Source: Octopus sinensis (Eukaryota). Taken from it: a stretch of DNA of 64,000 nt. Each line of letters begins with the position of its first letter. Position 1 is the stretch's first letter. The DNA lies in assembly GCF_006345805.1 (NCBI RefSeq), contig NC_042998.1, positions 165,726,001 to 165,790,000 of the forward strand. The letters are read 5' to 3'. Shown here in pieces: positions 21,856 to 35,646 of this stretch. The notes under the pieces are model-generated. The model searched no databases. It worked only from the letters and a program-made list of their open reading frames with translations, and had not been told where the DNA came from. Made by a program: the position numbers and the translations under genes.

Positions 21856-22330
21856 AAGGCAACAAGCTGGTGGAATCATTAGCACACTGGGCAAAATGCT
21901 TAGCGGTATTTCACCTGTCACCACATTCTGAATTAAAATTCCACTGAGGTCAACTTTGTCTTTCATCCTTTCGGGGTCAATAAATTAAGTACCAGTGAAA
22001 CACTGAGGTGAATGTAATCAACTAATCCCTTCACCCCAAATTTCAGGCCTTGTGCCTTTATTAGAAAGGATTATTATTAAATAAGATGGCAAGCTGGCAG
22101 AAACGTTAGTATGGCGGGTGAAATGCTTAGCAGTATTTCGTCTGCCGTTATGTTCTGAGTTCAAATTCCGCTGAGGTCGACTTTGCCTTTCATCCTTTCG
22201 GGGTCGATTAAATAAGTACCAGTTGCGCACTGGGATTGATATAATCGACATGATCCGTTTGTCCTTGTTTGTCTTCTCTATGATTAGCCCCTTGTGGGCA
22301 ACAAAGAAATAAGAAAGGATTATTATTAGA
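21856..22330 (+). mobile_element. Tandem pair of family A SINEs (21856-22078, 22086-22330)
   Basis: Two heads and cores with two different tails, joined through ATTATTATTA. Confidence 0.85.
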
Positions 22331-22720
22331 TGTCTACTTTCCCATGTTTGCTTGGTTCAGATGAAATTTGATGAGGCAGATTTTCTATTGTTGGATGTCC
22401 TTGTTGCCAACCCTCACATGTTTTCCCATAGCCGGACATATTTTCCACAGATGACTGAATTTGAACAAGATTGCTTGTAAGACACTCATGCTTATTTTAC
22501 AACAATCACACAATGTCAAAACAAGGATGCACATAAACACAAACACACATATACAATGAGCTTCTTTTAGTTTCCCCTCAACAAAATCCACTCACATGAT
22601 TTTTGTCAAGCAGGGGCTATAGTGGAAAACACTTGCCCACGGCATCATACAGTAGGACTGAACCAGACCCCACATGGTTGGGAAGCAAGTTTCTTAACCA
22701 CACAGTAATGCCTGTGCATT
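22330..22720 (-). mobile_element. Composite of an RTE-tail fragment and a family B SINE
   Basis: GGATGTCCTT.TTGCCAACC tail motif followed by the reverse complement of the family B head. Confidence 0.6.
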
Positions 22721-22939
22721 TTATATCTCAATAAAACCCTACTATAATAAACTGGAAATCAAACTAAAAAGAAAATAATAATCAAAAGCAACATCAAAGA
22801 TTTATATAAGTTTTATTTAACCAAGATATTCAATGACATTAATTGACAATGAATATTAAAATGCTGCCTGTTACTGAGTACTTTCTCAGCTAACAATTCT
22901 GTAGGCAACAGTGTGTATGTGCAGAGAAAGATAGCATAT

Positions 22940-23410
22940 GAAATATATATATATGTATGTGTATGTATGTATGTATATATATATATAATATATATATATA
23001 TATATGTAAGTGTATGTATAATATATAATATATATATATATAATATATATATATATATGTAAGTGTATGTATAATATATATATATAATATATATATATGT
23101 ACATACATATGTATGCATGTATAATATATATATATGTATAATGTATATATATATGTATATATATATATATATGTAATATATATATAATGTATGTGTAATA
23201 TATATATATATATGTATGTATGTATAATATAATATATATATATATGTATGTATATATATATATATATATATGTATGTATAATATATATATATATATATGT
23301 ATGTATAATATATAATATATATATATATAATGTATGTATGTATGTATAATATATAATATATATATATATGTATAATGTATATATATATATTATATATATA
23401 TGTATGTATG

Positions 23411-23445
<35 letters not shown>

Positions 23446-23571
23446 AATATATATATATGTATGTATGTATAATATATATATATGTATGTATGTATAATAT
23501 GTATATATATATATATAATATATATATATATATATGTATGTGTAATATATATATATATATATGTATGTATA

Positions 23572-23627
<56 letters not shown>

Positions 23628-23710
23628 GTATGTATAATATATATATATATATTTATAATATATATATGTATGTATAATATATATATACATATATATATGT
23701 ATAATATTTA
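22940..23710. repeat. Compound (TA)n/(TATG)n microsatellite with local higher-order duplications
   Basis: Read directly from the sequence. Confidence 0.95.
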
Positions 23711-26700
23711 TAGTTAAATTATTGGAAATGCAATACTTACACTGGGGAAAAGGTTTGAAGAACACAAAACATGGAACTGAGGAGTATAGATATAGATGCA
23801 TTGTACTGTCATGTGGCACTGAGGCGAGTAAAATTTGAACCGACTTCAGTGCAAAGAGCAGCAAAATGATAAAAGTTCAATAAGCTTTATGGTAACAACA
23901 TATAATTTTTGAAAAAATTTAGAATTTGAAAATTTTGACTAGATAAATCACAGTTACTACTGCTTATTGTTCTAAATTACATCCTCTATGTGAAATAGAA
24001 AATTACTATCTTTAAGTTTAGATAAATATTAAAATATTAACTTTAAGTAAATATCTCAATCAATATCGTAAAATTATTTTTCTGGGGGTTTTTTTTTTTG
24101 GTTTTTTTTTTTTTACTTTTTCATTTTTGATGGAGATGATAGTTCTGTTGAAAAACACTCTAATGTCACCATATTGTTACAGAGTTCCTTCTGCTTAATA
24201 TTATGCTCGTAGAATATACTGAATATTTATACACTAAAATTGATATGGTGAGGAAAATACATGTAATGAGTAAACTCAAAACTGTGTTTTTGAATTTCAA
24301 ATTTAAATCAATGAACAAACTATGCAGAAGGTAACAATATTTGGTTTAGTCAACAGTCCAATTTAATTCTTCACGGTGGATATTATTAGCATAATTAAAT
24401 AACAAAATAGTTCAGCAGTAAATGGCCCTATAAGAATTATCACTTATCACAGCTTTTAGTAATTATGATTTTTAAAATAATCTTCCAGACATTTTACAAT
24501 TTTTTTTTTGAAATACGATTTTAAATATGGTCAATTTAAATTATCCTTTTTTTTTTCTTTTTTTAACATTCTACAGATTTAATGTAAAATAAAATAAATA
24601 ATAATGCTCATGAATTGCCCATTTTTTTTATAAAATGAAAGAAATATGCTAAGTGAAATTAAGCCCTAATTTATATCAGCAGTAATTTAAACTATAAATA
24701 TTGTATATATTTACAAATATTTTCTAACAATCTGAGTTTATATTGTGACATAGTGGTGAATGTAACTGCATACTGAAACAAAACTGGTTTATACCATTTC
24801 ACAACAAATAACGTACCTCTGTAGTTTACAATATTGTTGGAAGTGAAATATGAGTGTTCTCCCCTTGAGAGATATAGTATGATTGACTAGTTTACAATAA
24901 AATTGCTTACAACAAAAATGAGAGCAAATAACTTTTGTATCTGTGTATAAAGAAATTCATCACAAATTTTAAAGAATGCTAAATGACTTTGTTGCATTTT
25001 ATTTATTTTTCCTATCTATCTGAGAATTTTTTTAATAACTACATATACAAGTAAATTTGGAAGAAAATTACAGAAAGATATTATTAAAATTATTTTTAAA
25101 AAGGCATACTTTACAAATTTTAAAATATAATTGCTGAAACTTACAACTTAGCCAAATTGCAGAATATACCTCAAATTTTGTAGAAAAGGCTGTTTTCTTA
25201 TATGCATATAAACAGTCTATGAATACAGAGGGAAATTTGTTTCAAAAGATAGACAAAATATCATATTATATTAAATAGAAACAGCAGTTGAAGAATGATT
25301 TCAGCTGTCTATAACAAGTACACTTGAAGTTTTAAAAAATCAAATCAAAGAAAAAATAAACAAAATTTAATTATAAAGGTTTAACTTATTTTATTTTTCC
25401 AAAAAAAAAAATGAAGGAGAAGCAAAATTTTTACAACAAAGAAAAATTCTAGAGAAGAAATAACAGATGTTCAATAATTACCAACACAAATTATGATAGT
25501 AATTATAGTGTGTATGTGATCATGTGATCCTCTGACTATTTTATTTCAGGCTGTTTTTGTTCTCTTCCAGGATTATTTCAAAATAGTTTCAAGTTCCATT
25601 TATAATTTAATAGTTTCAGTACTCAAATGTAATAATACTGAATGAAACTAGCTAAGAAAATTAATTTAATGCAATAAGAAAAATTCTTATTTAATTGTCC
25701 TTTGGCTTTTTTCTCTCTCTTTTTCTCTCTTTTGCATAGATAAAACTTGTGGTTAATTTTGCTTTTATTACAGATGTAAGCTGTTAAAAAAACTTCTACT
25801 GCATCATTATTTCTCTAATAGATAGCTAGAAATTCTAGTATTTATCTACTTCTTAACTCAACAACTATGTTAAAAGAAGCATTTTAAAATTAAGATTCAC
25901 TCATTTTCGAAGGTTCAAGGTTTCAATAGCTAAAGCCATTATTTCCCTGATATAAATGAATCCATCTTTATTGAAATAGAAACATAATTTTCACAAACCA
26001 AAACGATAAAAACTACCACAGTGAATGCTAATGATAAAAATATAAAGACCAACAATGAGCAATGATATGACCATCATCACAGCTTCTCTGCATGGTTAAT
26101 TATATTTCAAAGCCTCATAAATCATATAGCAGCATATGCAATTGAAAACTGTGGCTATTTAAAGAACAAAGAAGTAGGATTTTTGAAGTTCAAACTTCAG
26201 TATTATGGAAGTTTTCATACACTATCTGAGCTTCCATTATAGTCATTTTATAGAAATCATTTTAAATACAATTCAAAAATATATTGGATTTTTCACCTAT
26301 ATTTTCTGTAATAAATAAACATGATTTTTTTTTTCCTTCATTCCTTAAAAAAATATATTTTTCAACTTAGCTATCCAAAGTCAATATACATTCATATGAA
26401 TGTAAGTTTGCTGCTACCTTCACTACAAAGCCCTTTTGTAAACCAACAAGGTTAAAAAACCAATGCTTGATGACACCTAATTACAGCAAAAATTATATAT
26501 AATGTAAAACATGTGAAAATTCCTTATACTTTAATACCCCTTGTTTTTCATGTCAGATAAAATTTGCCAAAAATAGCAATTATAAATGCTCGTTTGAATT
26601 TGAATTCTGTGAGATTCAAAAATCCATGCATTGAAAATGGAGACAAGGAAATATAACTCATAGAAAGCTGTAATTCTTTATTTTAAATTTTCTTCTTTGA

Positions 26701-28267
26701 CAACAAAAGTAATTCAATTGTTTTCTTTTCATTCATAAAAGTGCTATGAGTTACTAAAGCAAATCAAAGGTAATTCTTTCAATAATTATGATTATTAAAA
26801 TCAGCATTCAACTTCAGTTATTGTGGCATACAATGCTGAGACGAATTCCTATACAGTAGACAATGTAGCTTTCATAGAAAATCTTGCAACCAATTCCACA
26901 CTGCTAGATGAATAAAATGTTTCACTTAGAAACACAACATAAAACCTGTAGCAAATATGAAAACTGATGATTCTTGTGTTGGTTGGTCAATACTTTATCA
27001 GTAAATCTAGCCAAGAACTGGCAAGAAAAATGGTTAGGTCAGTCACAGATAAAGTTATTCTTGTTACTTTTAACTAACACCATACTTAACTTTTAACAAA
27101 ATCACAGGAGTATTAGAAGGGTTTTCTTTGCACAAATAAGTTAAAATAGATAAGCAAAGAAAATTAAGAATAGCATGATCACTCAAGCTTTCTATTACAA
27201 ATAATCTAACCAGAGTATTAAATAGGTTCAATTAGTTAAACCTAAAATAATCAATTTTTATAACATTGCTGCCTTTCTTTTTTCTTTTTTTTCTTTTTTT
27301 CAAATTGTTTTGTTATTTTTGTGCATGAGTAAGTTGCATTTTTTGTAAGGAGGGAGACTTTATTTGCAATTTTTTTATAAGGTTTTTATTTTCATTTTCA
27401 TCTTAATTAACTAATAAAATCAATTATAAACCAAGAAATATAGATAATATGAATGAATAAATTAAATATAGAGATAGAAAATTAAATAGGTAAATGTAGA
27501 AAATGCAAGGTTAGATATATATATATGATAACTCATTACAACAGGTAGAGCAGAAACGATGTCACAAATCATAACTTGATTGGAAGAAACCACAAAGAGG
27601 AGAGAGCACTAAATTTTATTCATATTCATGATTATAAAGTATCAACAACAGAACTGAACATGTGTACACACACACATACCAATCTACTACCATAAATTTA
27701 AAGTTGTAATACAATCTAGCAATCTCTCTACTGGAAGAGTGTGAATTTTGCAAAAATGATTTGAAAACAAAGAATTAATGAGGTAGTTAGAAGTGATAAT
27801 TAAATATATTAAGATAGAAAACAGAAGATAAATATCAACTGAGGACAAAAAAATTAAGACCAAGAACACAAGACTTATCACCAACAACATTTCAAAAATT
27901 TAGACAACATATAACACAATTTCCATTTGTAGAAAATAAGTAAAAAAAATATTAATTAAATATAATTGATCTTCTTTGGCACAAATAACCATAAAGTGTT
28001 CAATAAATGAATAGATAAACATCTGATAATATATGTTTAAATAATTAATAAATATAAAAAGAATCTACACACACATTCATATACATTAAATTCTTATAAA
28101 TTAAAAAAAATGTTAATTCTTTGGAGATTTGCATAAAACAAACCTAATACTGAACTGTTGATGGACACAGGGAAATTTTGACCTTTTTATACATAGCTAT
28201 GTTGAGCAAATTATTTCTTCTAAAATCATGTAATAGTATCCACTAAAACAGCTTTTCTTTAGTGTTT

Positions 28268-28493
28268 TCAACCCTTTAGTATTAAAACTGGCCATATCCA
28301 ACCCAAATATTCTACCTGCTTTGTTCAAACTGCTCAGATCCAGCCTCTCACACCTACCTTACAATGACATTCTAAAAATAAACAATCACATCGCCAAAAT
28401 GTCAAAGTTACGAGATAATGCATAATTAATTCAAAACAATCTGAATAAATATGCATTACATTTAACAGAGTAATCTGAAATGCTAAAGGTTAA
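28268..28493. mobile_element. TTAA-flanked MITE (piggyBac-like termini), second copy inverted at 57529-57723
   Basis: T(C)AA-CCCTTTAG...CTAAAGG-TTAA. The internal sequence matches the reverse complement of 57529-57723. Confidence 0.7.
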
Positions 28494-28771
28494 ACTCAAA
28501 TTACTTTCCAAAACCGTAACAATCAAATGTAATGAGAAAACACATTTCAAATGAAATTTAACAAAACTGTACAGTAAACATTCATCAAAAGTAATAATGA
28601 TAATTTTCTCCACATCATTTTTAAAAACAAGCCTGCCTATTGGTCGATGTTAATCTATTTCAAATAAGATTTGTTTGTTTCTCTGTGTAGTGCATGTATG
28701 TTATACATTAACATGCATTCAGTTATGGTATGCATTGCATACTTTATAATGTATATTACGTTATTGTGTTA

Positions 28772-28806
<35 letters not shown>

Positions 28807-30500
28807 GAATTGATGATTTTACAATTTTTCTATATTTTTCTAATTCTGTAGAGATTGGCCATCTAGCTTTGGAAAATTTTTAGGAAGAAAATTTCAATGA
28901 TTCCACAAGAAATATCATTTTATCAGAATTATGTCTGCTCTACGATGTCAAAAACTTTATTCTCAATAGCATAAACATAATAATGTTGAACAACTTTAAT
29001 AAATGTTAAATACAACATTAGGCCAATTACTGTTGTTTTGGTTTTCAGTTAACTATGCTACCTGACTAATAAATTTGTTTACTTAGCTACTAATTGCTCA
29101 GTTATTCCTAAATAGTCAACAGCTATTATATTCCATAAATTATAACAAACGAAATGTCTATGGTGGTGAGAATAATTCAACACAGAAATAGACAACAGAA
29201 TTGACAATTATTTCTGGAAAATATCACAATAAAATTAAAAACCAACATCACATCACATGTGAAGAAAGCCTAATAGTCAATGATGTTTTCACTAATGTTG
29301 GCAGGTTTTTCTTTATCTTAGTGCTAATATATATTGCAATAGGACTTTTACTCCTTCAAAGATGCAAGCATTATTTGCCTTATTTTACCAGGCAGAGTAA
29401 ATGGAGGGCCATCTTAAGAGTCAGAAACACCAACTGAATATACGAGTGAGAGAATAGTAAATACTATTTAAAAGAAAATTTTATAAAAGGTGAACAGCAA
29501 ACATTTTGATAGATGCAATTACTTCAGATCTAAAAGCAAAACAAAATTTGTAACGATGCTTTACCCATCTTATAAGCCTAGTTTATAATGAAGCTATAAC
29601 AACAAGGGAAATTAGATTAAGAAGGTATAGAAAATATGAATGTCTCAATGATTTTCAAAACAAATTTACTACGAAATTTGCAAAATATATTTTTAAATTT
29701 TAATCAGATCCTTTGTCAGTGAATATATTTGAATAATGTTTTTATTTTTAGTTTTCATAAACTAATTTACCACTCCATGAGAGTGTATGAAATTGAGGTT
29801 TACCTTGTTGCAGTTTATTAGAATTTCTTGCTCTGCTACTTGCTTTCTCATGCAAGGGAGACAAATATGTTCCTATTATAGAAAGGTAAGAGAGCAATGA
29901 AAAACAATTTGTATTTCTATACGTAAATGAAATTGGAATGGATAAACACCAATATCTGTTGAATTTGTGCATCCTTCTTGTGAATAAAAAATACTGAAAG
30001 GTGATGAATGAACTTAAAGAAAAGTAAAACAAACCAGAAGTACACATTCTGATCTCTGTTTAATATCTGCATTGATATATCTATAATACCTCTCCAGTAA
30101 AGATACATGAAAATAAAAACAATCATACAGCAGAAGCAATGAACATTAAATAAGTAAAGGACAACATCTAAAATTATTATCTCAATGTACTTCTACTAAA
30201 GCAAGACAAAGAAAAGTCATTAATTACTTGAGGTCTTCCTTGTGGCTGCTACTCAAATGTAATACACAAAAACATGCACACACAGACAGACACATGTACA
30301 CAAATGCACACAGACAAACAAATGTACACAAAATATAACACATATACTAATATACATATGTAATATAAATATGTACGTGTGCCCTATATATATCTCTTTT
30401 TAATGTGTATATACATATATCATATACATATATATATATATATATATATACACATACATATATATACACACACATATATTTATAAATTATTATATATGTC

Positions 30501-30570
<70 letters not shown>

Positions 30571-30606
30571 TTATAGATAAAACACTATATAACATTTATA
30601 TTTCCA

Positions 30607-31359
30607 CATGAGGTGTTATCAGAACGTTTCCTGACTGCATGTGCTAAGACTGTACTGTTTAACGAAAATGGATGACCAGCTGATGGTCACTGATAACCAG
30701 CACGCAGTGAGACTTCATGCTGTTTAATTATGTCCAATAAGGTTTTGTAATGTTCAGCAATTTTTACAATGCCCAACAAATTTGAGCCATTTACCAGCAT
30801 CAGATTTTACATGAAGCTCAGTAAATCTGCCACCCTCGAAATGCTTTATAGGGCTTTTGGCAAATCTAGGTTTTGGAGTGGCACATGCATTTCAAGGCCA
30901 ATGAAGTATTGGATAATAAAGGCAGCCAATCATAAGCAGTACTCCTGAATACACGGAATAAATTGGGTAATTTATCCATGAGGGCTGTCACCAAACAATG
31001 CATCAGCTTTCCCATTGGGTTGCTGTGAAGTTTTCCCCCCCACACTTGCCTCACTTATACCCTTGTAATTTTGCTGCTTTTCACCAAAATTAAGTTGAAG
31101 CTGAAAGGGCACAGCTTCAAGACAGAAGATGATACTTAAATGGAATCGCATGTGGTACTGGACGGCCTTCAAGAAGAGGACTTTGTGGTGCTTTTTGAAA
31201 TGTGGAAGACAAACTGGGATCACTGAGTATGTTCCCAAGGAGACTAGGGGACTATTCTGAGGATGATACCCAAATACAAATAATTTGTGAACTACATTTT
31301 TTTTTTATGATGTACTTTCATTTAGGCCTAGTCTGGAAACTTTCTGATACCACCACATG
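30607..31359 (+). mobile_element. Internally deleted mariner element
   Basis: About 29-bp TIRs (ATGAGGTGTTATCAGAACGTTTCCTGACT / AGTCTGGAAACTTTCTGATACCACCACAT). Remnant transposase C-terminus resembles PCDFFLFPKLKLKLKG.RF and W..CV..GDY.E. Confidence 0.8.
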
Positions 31360-32360
31360 CACATGCATACATGCATGTATATTCGTATATACACATACAC
31401 ATATAAAATGTATGAGTGCATATGCAGATACAAATATACACGATATATACAGATACAAACATACACGATATATGAGCGACCCAATTTTACTGTTATAAGG
31501 AAGTTTATCCCTAAATTATATCCCTTACACATATTTTAGTTCGACAAGATTACATAATAACAATATACTGTTAATGATTAATTTTCCTTTACAATCAGGA
31601 GGAATATCATGGAGATGCAACCCTGTTTAACCACATCTACATTATCTAAGAAACCCTCAAGTGTAATAAGAATTTAAGAGTGAGGCTAGTTTGGTAATTG
31701 AAACATGAAAAGAAACATATCATTTAACAACTTCCAAAAGCATATTAAATCTGAACAGCAAGTTGTACTTAAAACTAAAAACAAAAATCTTTCTACAACA
31801 TTCTTTAATGATATTCTAAGCAACTATTATCTAATACCAAGAATATGAATCAAGAGCAATAGCGTAAGTTAAAATGCAAATAACTCATGGATATATATAT
31901 ATATATAGCAGGTACCAATGTATAAAATGAATACACTGTGTATATATGAGAGTCTGTGATTGTGTTTGCACACATGACCGTTCATATGTGTTTATCTTAT
32001 TAGATTCATAAACAATAAAAAATATACTGTTTCAAGTGTTTCTCTTTTGTTAAAAGCATTAAAACTAGAAGAGATCAAAAGCCAAAATAACACCATTAGC
32101 AGAGCACAGTTAACCATTGGACGAATTGGTGTTGAAAAAGGTGTTAGAAAAGCCCAAAAATAGACAGACAAAGGGGGTTTGGGGTGAGATGAAAATTAAA
32201 GGACAATAATGTAGGGCATTAGAAAGGTTAGGCATTTGTATTGATCAAATACAAAAATAAAACCACAACAGACTGAAAAACCATCAGAAATATGCAGTAA
32301 CTGGATGGCTGTACAATTGCCAAACTTCAACACTAAGCACCAGTTTCTTCATAATAAACC

Positions 32361-32482
32361 CTAAGACTTCTTTGCTTTAGGTTTTCCAAAAAACATCCTC
32401 TTCAAGACAACCACAATTCCTTGGATGTACTTCTCAAGAATCTGGTGACGGCGTAACCCAGGATAAAGAACAACGAAACCCA
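32361..32482 (-). CDS. ARL6IP1: ARL6IP1 last coding exon
   Basis: TTTTACAG acceptor. (V)GFVVLYPGLRRHQILEKYIQGIVVVLKRMFFGKPKAKKS*, TAG at 32363-32361. Contains the L.PGL..H.I..KY motif and a basic C-terminus. Confidence 0.93.
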
Positions 32483-32679
32483 CTGTAAAAGAAAGAAAAA
32501 TAAATTCTTCCAATAAACAATAGTTTAATTAAATGTAATAACATCTGTTTTAGAAAAGTAAAATATCTGTTTTCAACAATTTGCTCTTATCTTTGTATTA
32601 CAGTAAAACTGGTAATATAAAGCTGATTGCAGCTCACAATAATTTTCATCAGAATCTTCGAAAATTTGCAGGGCTTCAT

Positions 32680-32909
32680 CATCATTGATTTAACGTCCTC
32701 TTTTCCACGCTTGCATAGGTCAGATGGAATTTTGTTGAGGCAAATTTTCTGCAGCTAGATGCCCTCCCTGTAACTAACCCTAACCGGTTTCCAAATAAGA
32801 TATTTCCACATAACCAGATATGTTTGCATAGAAGATTGGAAACAATCTTTCATGACAGTGACATTCATTGACAACTCTCATGTGATATCAAGGCAAGGAG
32901 ACAGAAAAA

Positions 32910-32943
<34 letters not shown>

Positions 32944-33040
32944 TGCACATGCACGCAAGGATTTCTTTCAGTTTCTATTTACTAAATCCATTCACAAGGC
33001 TTTGGTCAGGCTGGGGTTACAGCCTAAGACACTTGCCACC
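32680..33040 (-). mobile_element. Composite RTE-tail and family B SINE fragments with (CA)n
   Basis: CATCATCAT...TTAACGTCCTCTTTTCCACGCTTGCAT tail and TTTCTTTCAGTTTCT...CCATTCACAAGGCTTTGGTC core. Confidence 0.6.
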
Positions 33041-33204
33041 TTAAATTCATTTGTGGTGAACATGTATTCTATGAAATATTAAATATTTTTCATAGCAACT
33101 ATATTCAAAAACATTAATCCTAAATAGTTTAGTATTCATTTCTATTGTTCAATAATTAGATTTAATTTTAATTACACAGTAATAGTCCTTATCAATTTCA
33201 ACTA

Positions 33205-33335
33205 TAAGGTTGTCCCAAAAGTTTGTAAAAACTTTGCGAAAATTTGAATTTTTATGCAATTTTTAATTGTTTGTTTGGGTTTATATTGTTATAGTCAATT
33301 TTCGCAAGTGTTTACGAACTTTTGGGACAACCTAA
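33205..33335. mobile_element. Mariner-type MITE (131 bp) with TA target duplication
   Basis: TA-TAAGGTTGTCCCAAAAGTTTGTAAA...TTTACGAACTTTTGGGACAACCTAA-TA, TIRs about 38 bp. Confidence 0.85.
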
Positions 33336-33563
33336 TATTTATTGGTCAGTGTCTCCGGAGCTGAAGCATATGTTTTTCATGTCTGAATTACCTCTGTCTT
33401 AAGTGTGATGTAGATATATATATTTATGAGAATAGATAAGATAACTGCAGGGTGGAAGATGCATATCAGCCATTCAAAAACACACAAAAACTGTTGACTT
33501 TGCTTAAACGTATATTATTTGACATCAAAATTTCATCACACCAACTTAAACCAGATCACTGAC

Positions 33564-33757
33564 CAGTGGCATATGATGGTTGTTGTATTGAGTGTACTGC
33601 CACACCCAATGCCACCAAATTTCAAGCAGGGGTATAACAAAAGTTTTCCATTAAGATTTGTGATTAAATTAATGAGTAAGGTTTATATTTATGATTAATT
33701 TGCTATTTTCAATGGGTGTGCAGTGCACACATAGAACACCAGGAATATACACCCTTG
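33564..33757. mobile_element. hAT-type MITE (194 bp)
   Basis: Perfect 8-bp TSD TCACTGAC at 33556-33563 and 33758-33765. Degenerate termini CAGTGGCATAT / ATATACACCCTTG. Confidence 0.75.
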
Positions 33758-33989
33758 TCACTGACATTATTCAACTGCATCACTGCAATTATTTATGAAA
33801 GTATGTTATAAAAGTTTTTAAAAAAGTTCCATATTAAAAAAGGTTGCAGTTGATGCAACAGAAATTTTGATACCAGATAACAAATATTTAAGTGAAGTTA
33901 ATAGCCTTTGCATGTTTTTTTGATAGCTAATATGTGTTTTCCCTGTTACAATCATTTTAGTTTCAACACATGATCTCAGATCAAATCAC

Positions 33990-34403
33990 ATGCCTAACAA
34001 GTACACCTCCAAAATGAGTAAATATGGTCTTATAAAATCTACAACTGCATAAAGGGTAACAGGGTAAAAACCCTCTTCAGTCATAAATGACCATGGGATT
34101 GCACCTACAAAGTTACCCTCAGAGGCACAAGCCTGGGAAAGGTTGTTTATAGAAGACCAACAGTTGCCCATACATACCAGCCTTCTCTCTCTATGCCACC
34201 AATGTTATCCAAAGGAAAAGCAAAGGATGATACAGCTTGGCACCAATGATGTTGCAAATCATTTCTGCAGCTGAGTGAACTGGAGCAATGTAAAATAAAG
34301 TGTCTTGCTCAAGAACACAACACACAGCCCAGTCCAGGAATCAAACTCACTACTTTGTTGTTGTGAGCCCAATGCTCTAACCACTGAGCCATGTGCCTTC
34401 ACT
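33990..34403 (-). mobile_element. Family C-type SINE
   Basis: Minus-strand head GAAGGCACATGGCTCAGTGGTTAGAGCATTGGGCTCAC...GAGTTTGATTCCTGG is tRNA-like. Confidence 0.75.
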
Positions 34404-35477
34404 TGGTGTGTATGGGATGGCACCAGTGGTTTCAAGATTAGGAAGAGTCTAGCAGTAATATTCAGTTTAAACGAAGTAATTACACAGCTAAGCCTGCACA
34501 CACAATTGCATATTAAAGTTCATTATGATGGACATATTCTTTTAAAATGACAGCATACATATATTTTCTTATTTGTTATGCCATAATATTTAGGAATAGT
34601 AAATGCTCATGGTTATATCTACTGGTTATATCCTAGTTGTTACAGGTGACTTTTCAATGTACCACAATTTATCAATACATGTACCACATACTGACTTCTA
34701 TTGATTATTGTCTTGTAGAATTTATTGTAACACCTCCATCACCCTTATTGCATTATTATATCTTTGGCATTTGGAAGGGCATCCAAACCATGCCAAAGCA
34801 GACAGAAGTTGGCACAGCCTTCTGACTTGCTGCCTCCAATCAAAGTGTCCAACCCATGCCAGCATGGAAAACAGATAGCTGATGATGTGCTTTATAGTGA
34901 AATGAACAAAAATGAAATAGTACATCATGCTAAATAAAATAGCAGGGTGTGCTATAAACAGAGAGTCTCTGCAATTCAAATTCTGAACAACCAGCCATGG
35001 ATTTTTTACCATGTGTTGTACACATTAATTTCTTGACTCTAGTCAACCGAGCTGAAATACAATCATGAAATGATTGAATGTTTAGCATTTAGAAAGCCCA
35101 GATTGAAATAGTACAATATTTCAAAAGCCATCCAGAAAAACACATGTAAAACAGACACTTTCGGCAAGTGTCTTTTTATCATAACCTTGAGTTCATTTAT
35201 GCCTTATAAGTGAAATTTGGTAGATAGCATCTATGTGAAAACCCATCATGGGTGTGTTCCATCAACAAAAAATATAGACATCGGTGAGAAAATGTTGATA
35301 AATTAGAGTAAAGACGCTCTCATGTGACTTTCACCATCAAAAATGCAGTGAGGTAGCTACTGGCCCCTTGGAAACCTATAACCAATGATACTATTGTCTA
35401 CAAATACACAATATAAAAAAATGTTTAAGCACCTGGGGAAAAAAAAACATAACTCAATAAAATTTGTAATTACTTAC

Positions 35478-35562
35478 CAATAAGATAAGTGAGTATCAGA
35501 TTGTTCACCAAGCTACCAAACCAAGCAAAGAAAGCCATGATTCCCATCGTTACAGCGAAATA
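35478..35562 (-). CDS. ARL6IP1: ARL6IP1 internal exon (equivalent to exon 5)
   Basis: TTACAG acceptor and GTAAGT donor. 85 nt, phase 0 to 1. YFAVTMGIMAFFAWFGSLVNNLILTYLI matches YF...AW.G..V.NL.LTYLI. Confidence 0.94.
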
Positions 35563-35606
35563 CTGTAATAAGATATTAACAAAGCATCATTAATTTTTTT
35601 TCAATG

Positions 35607-35646
<40 letters not shown>

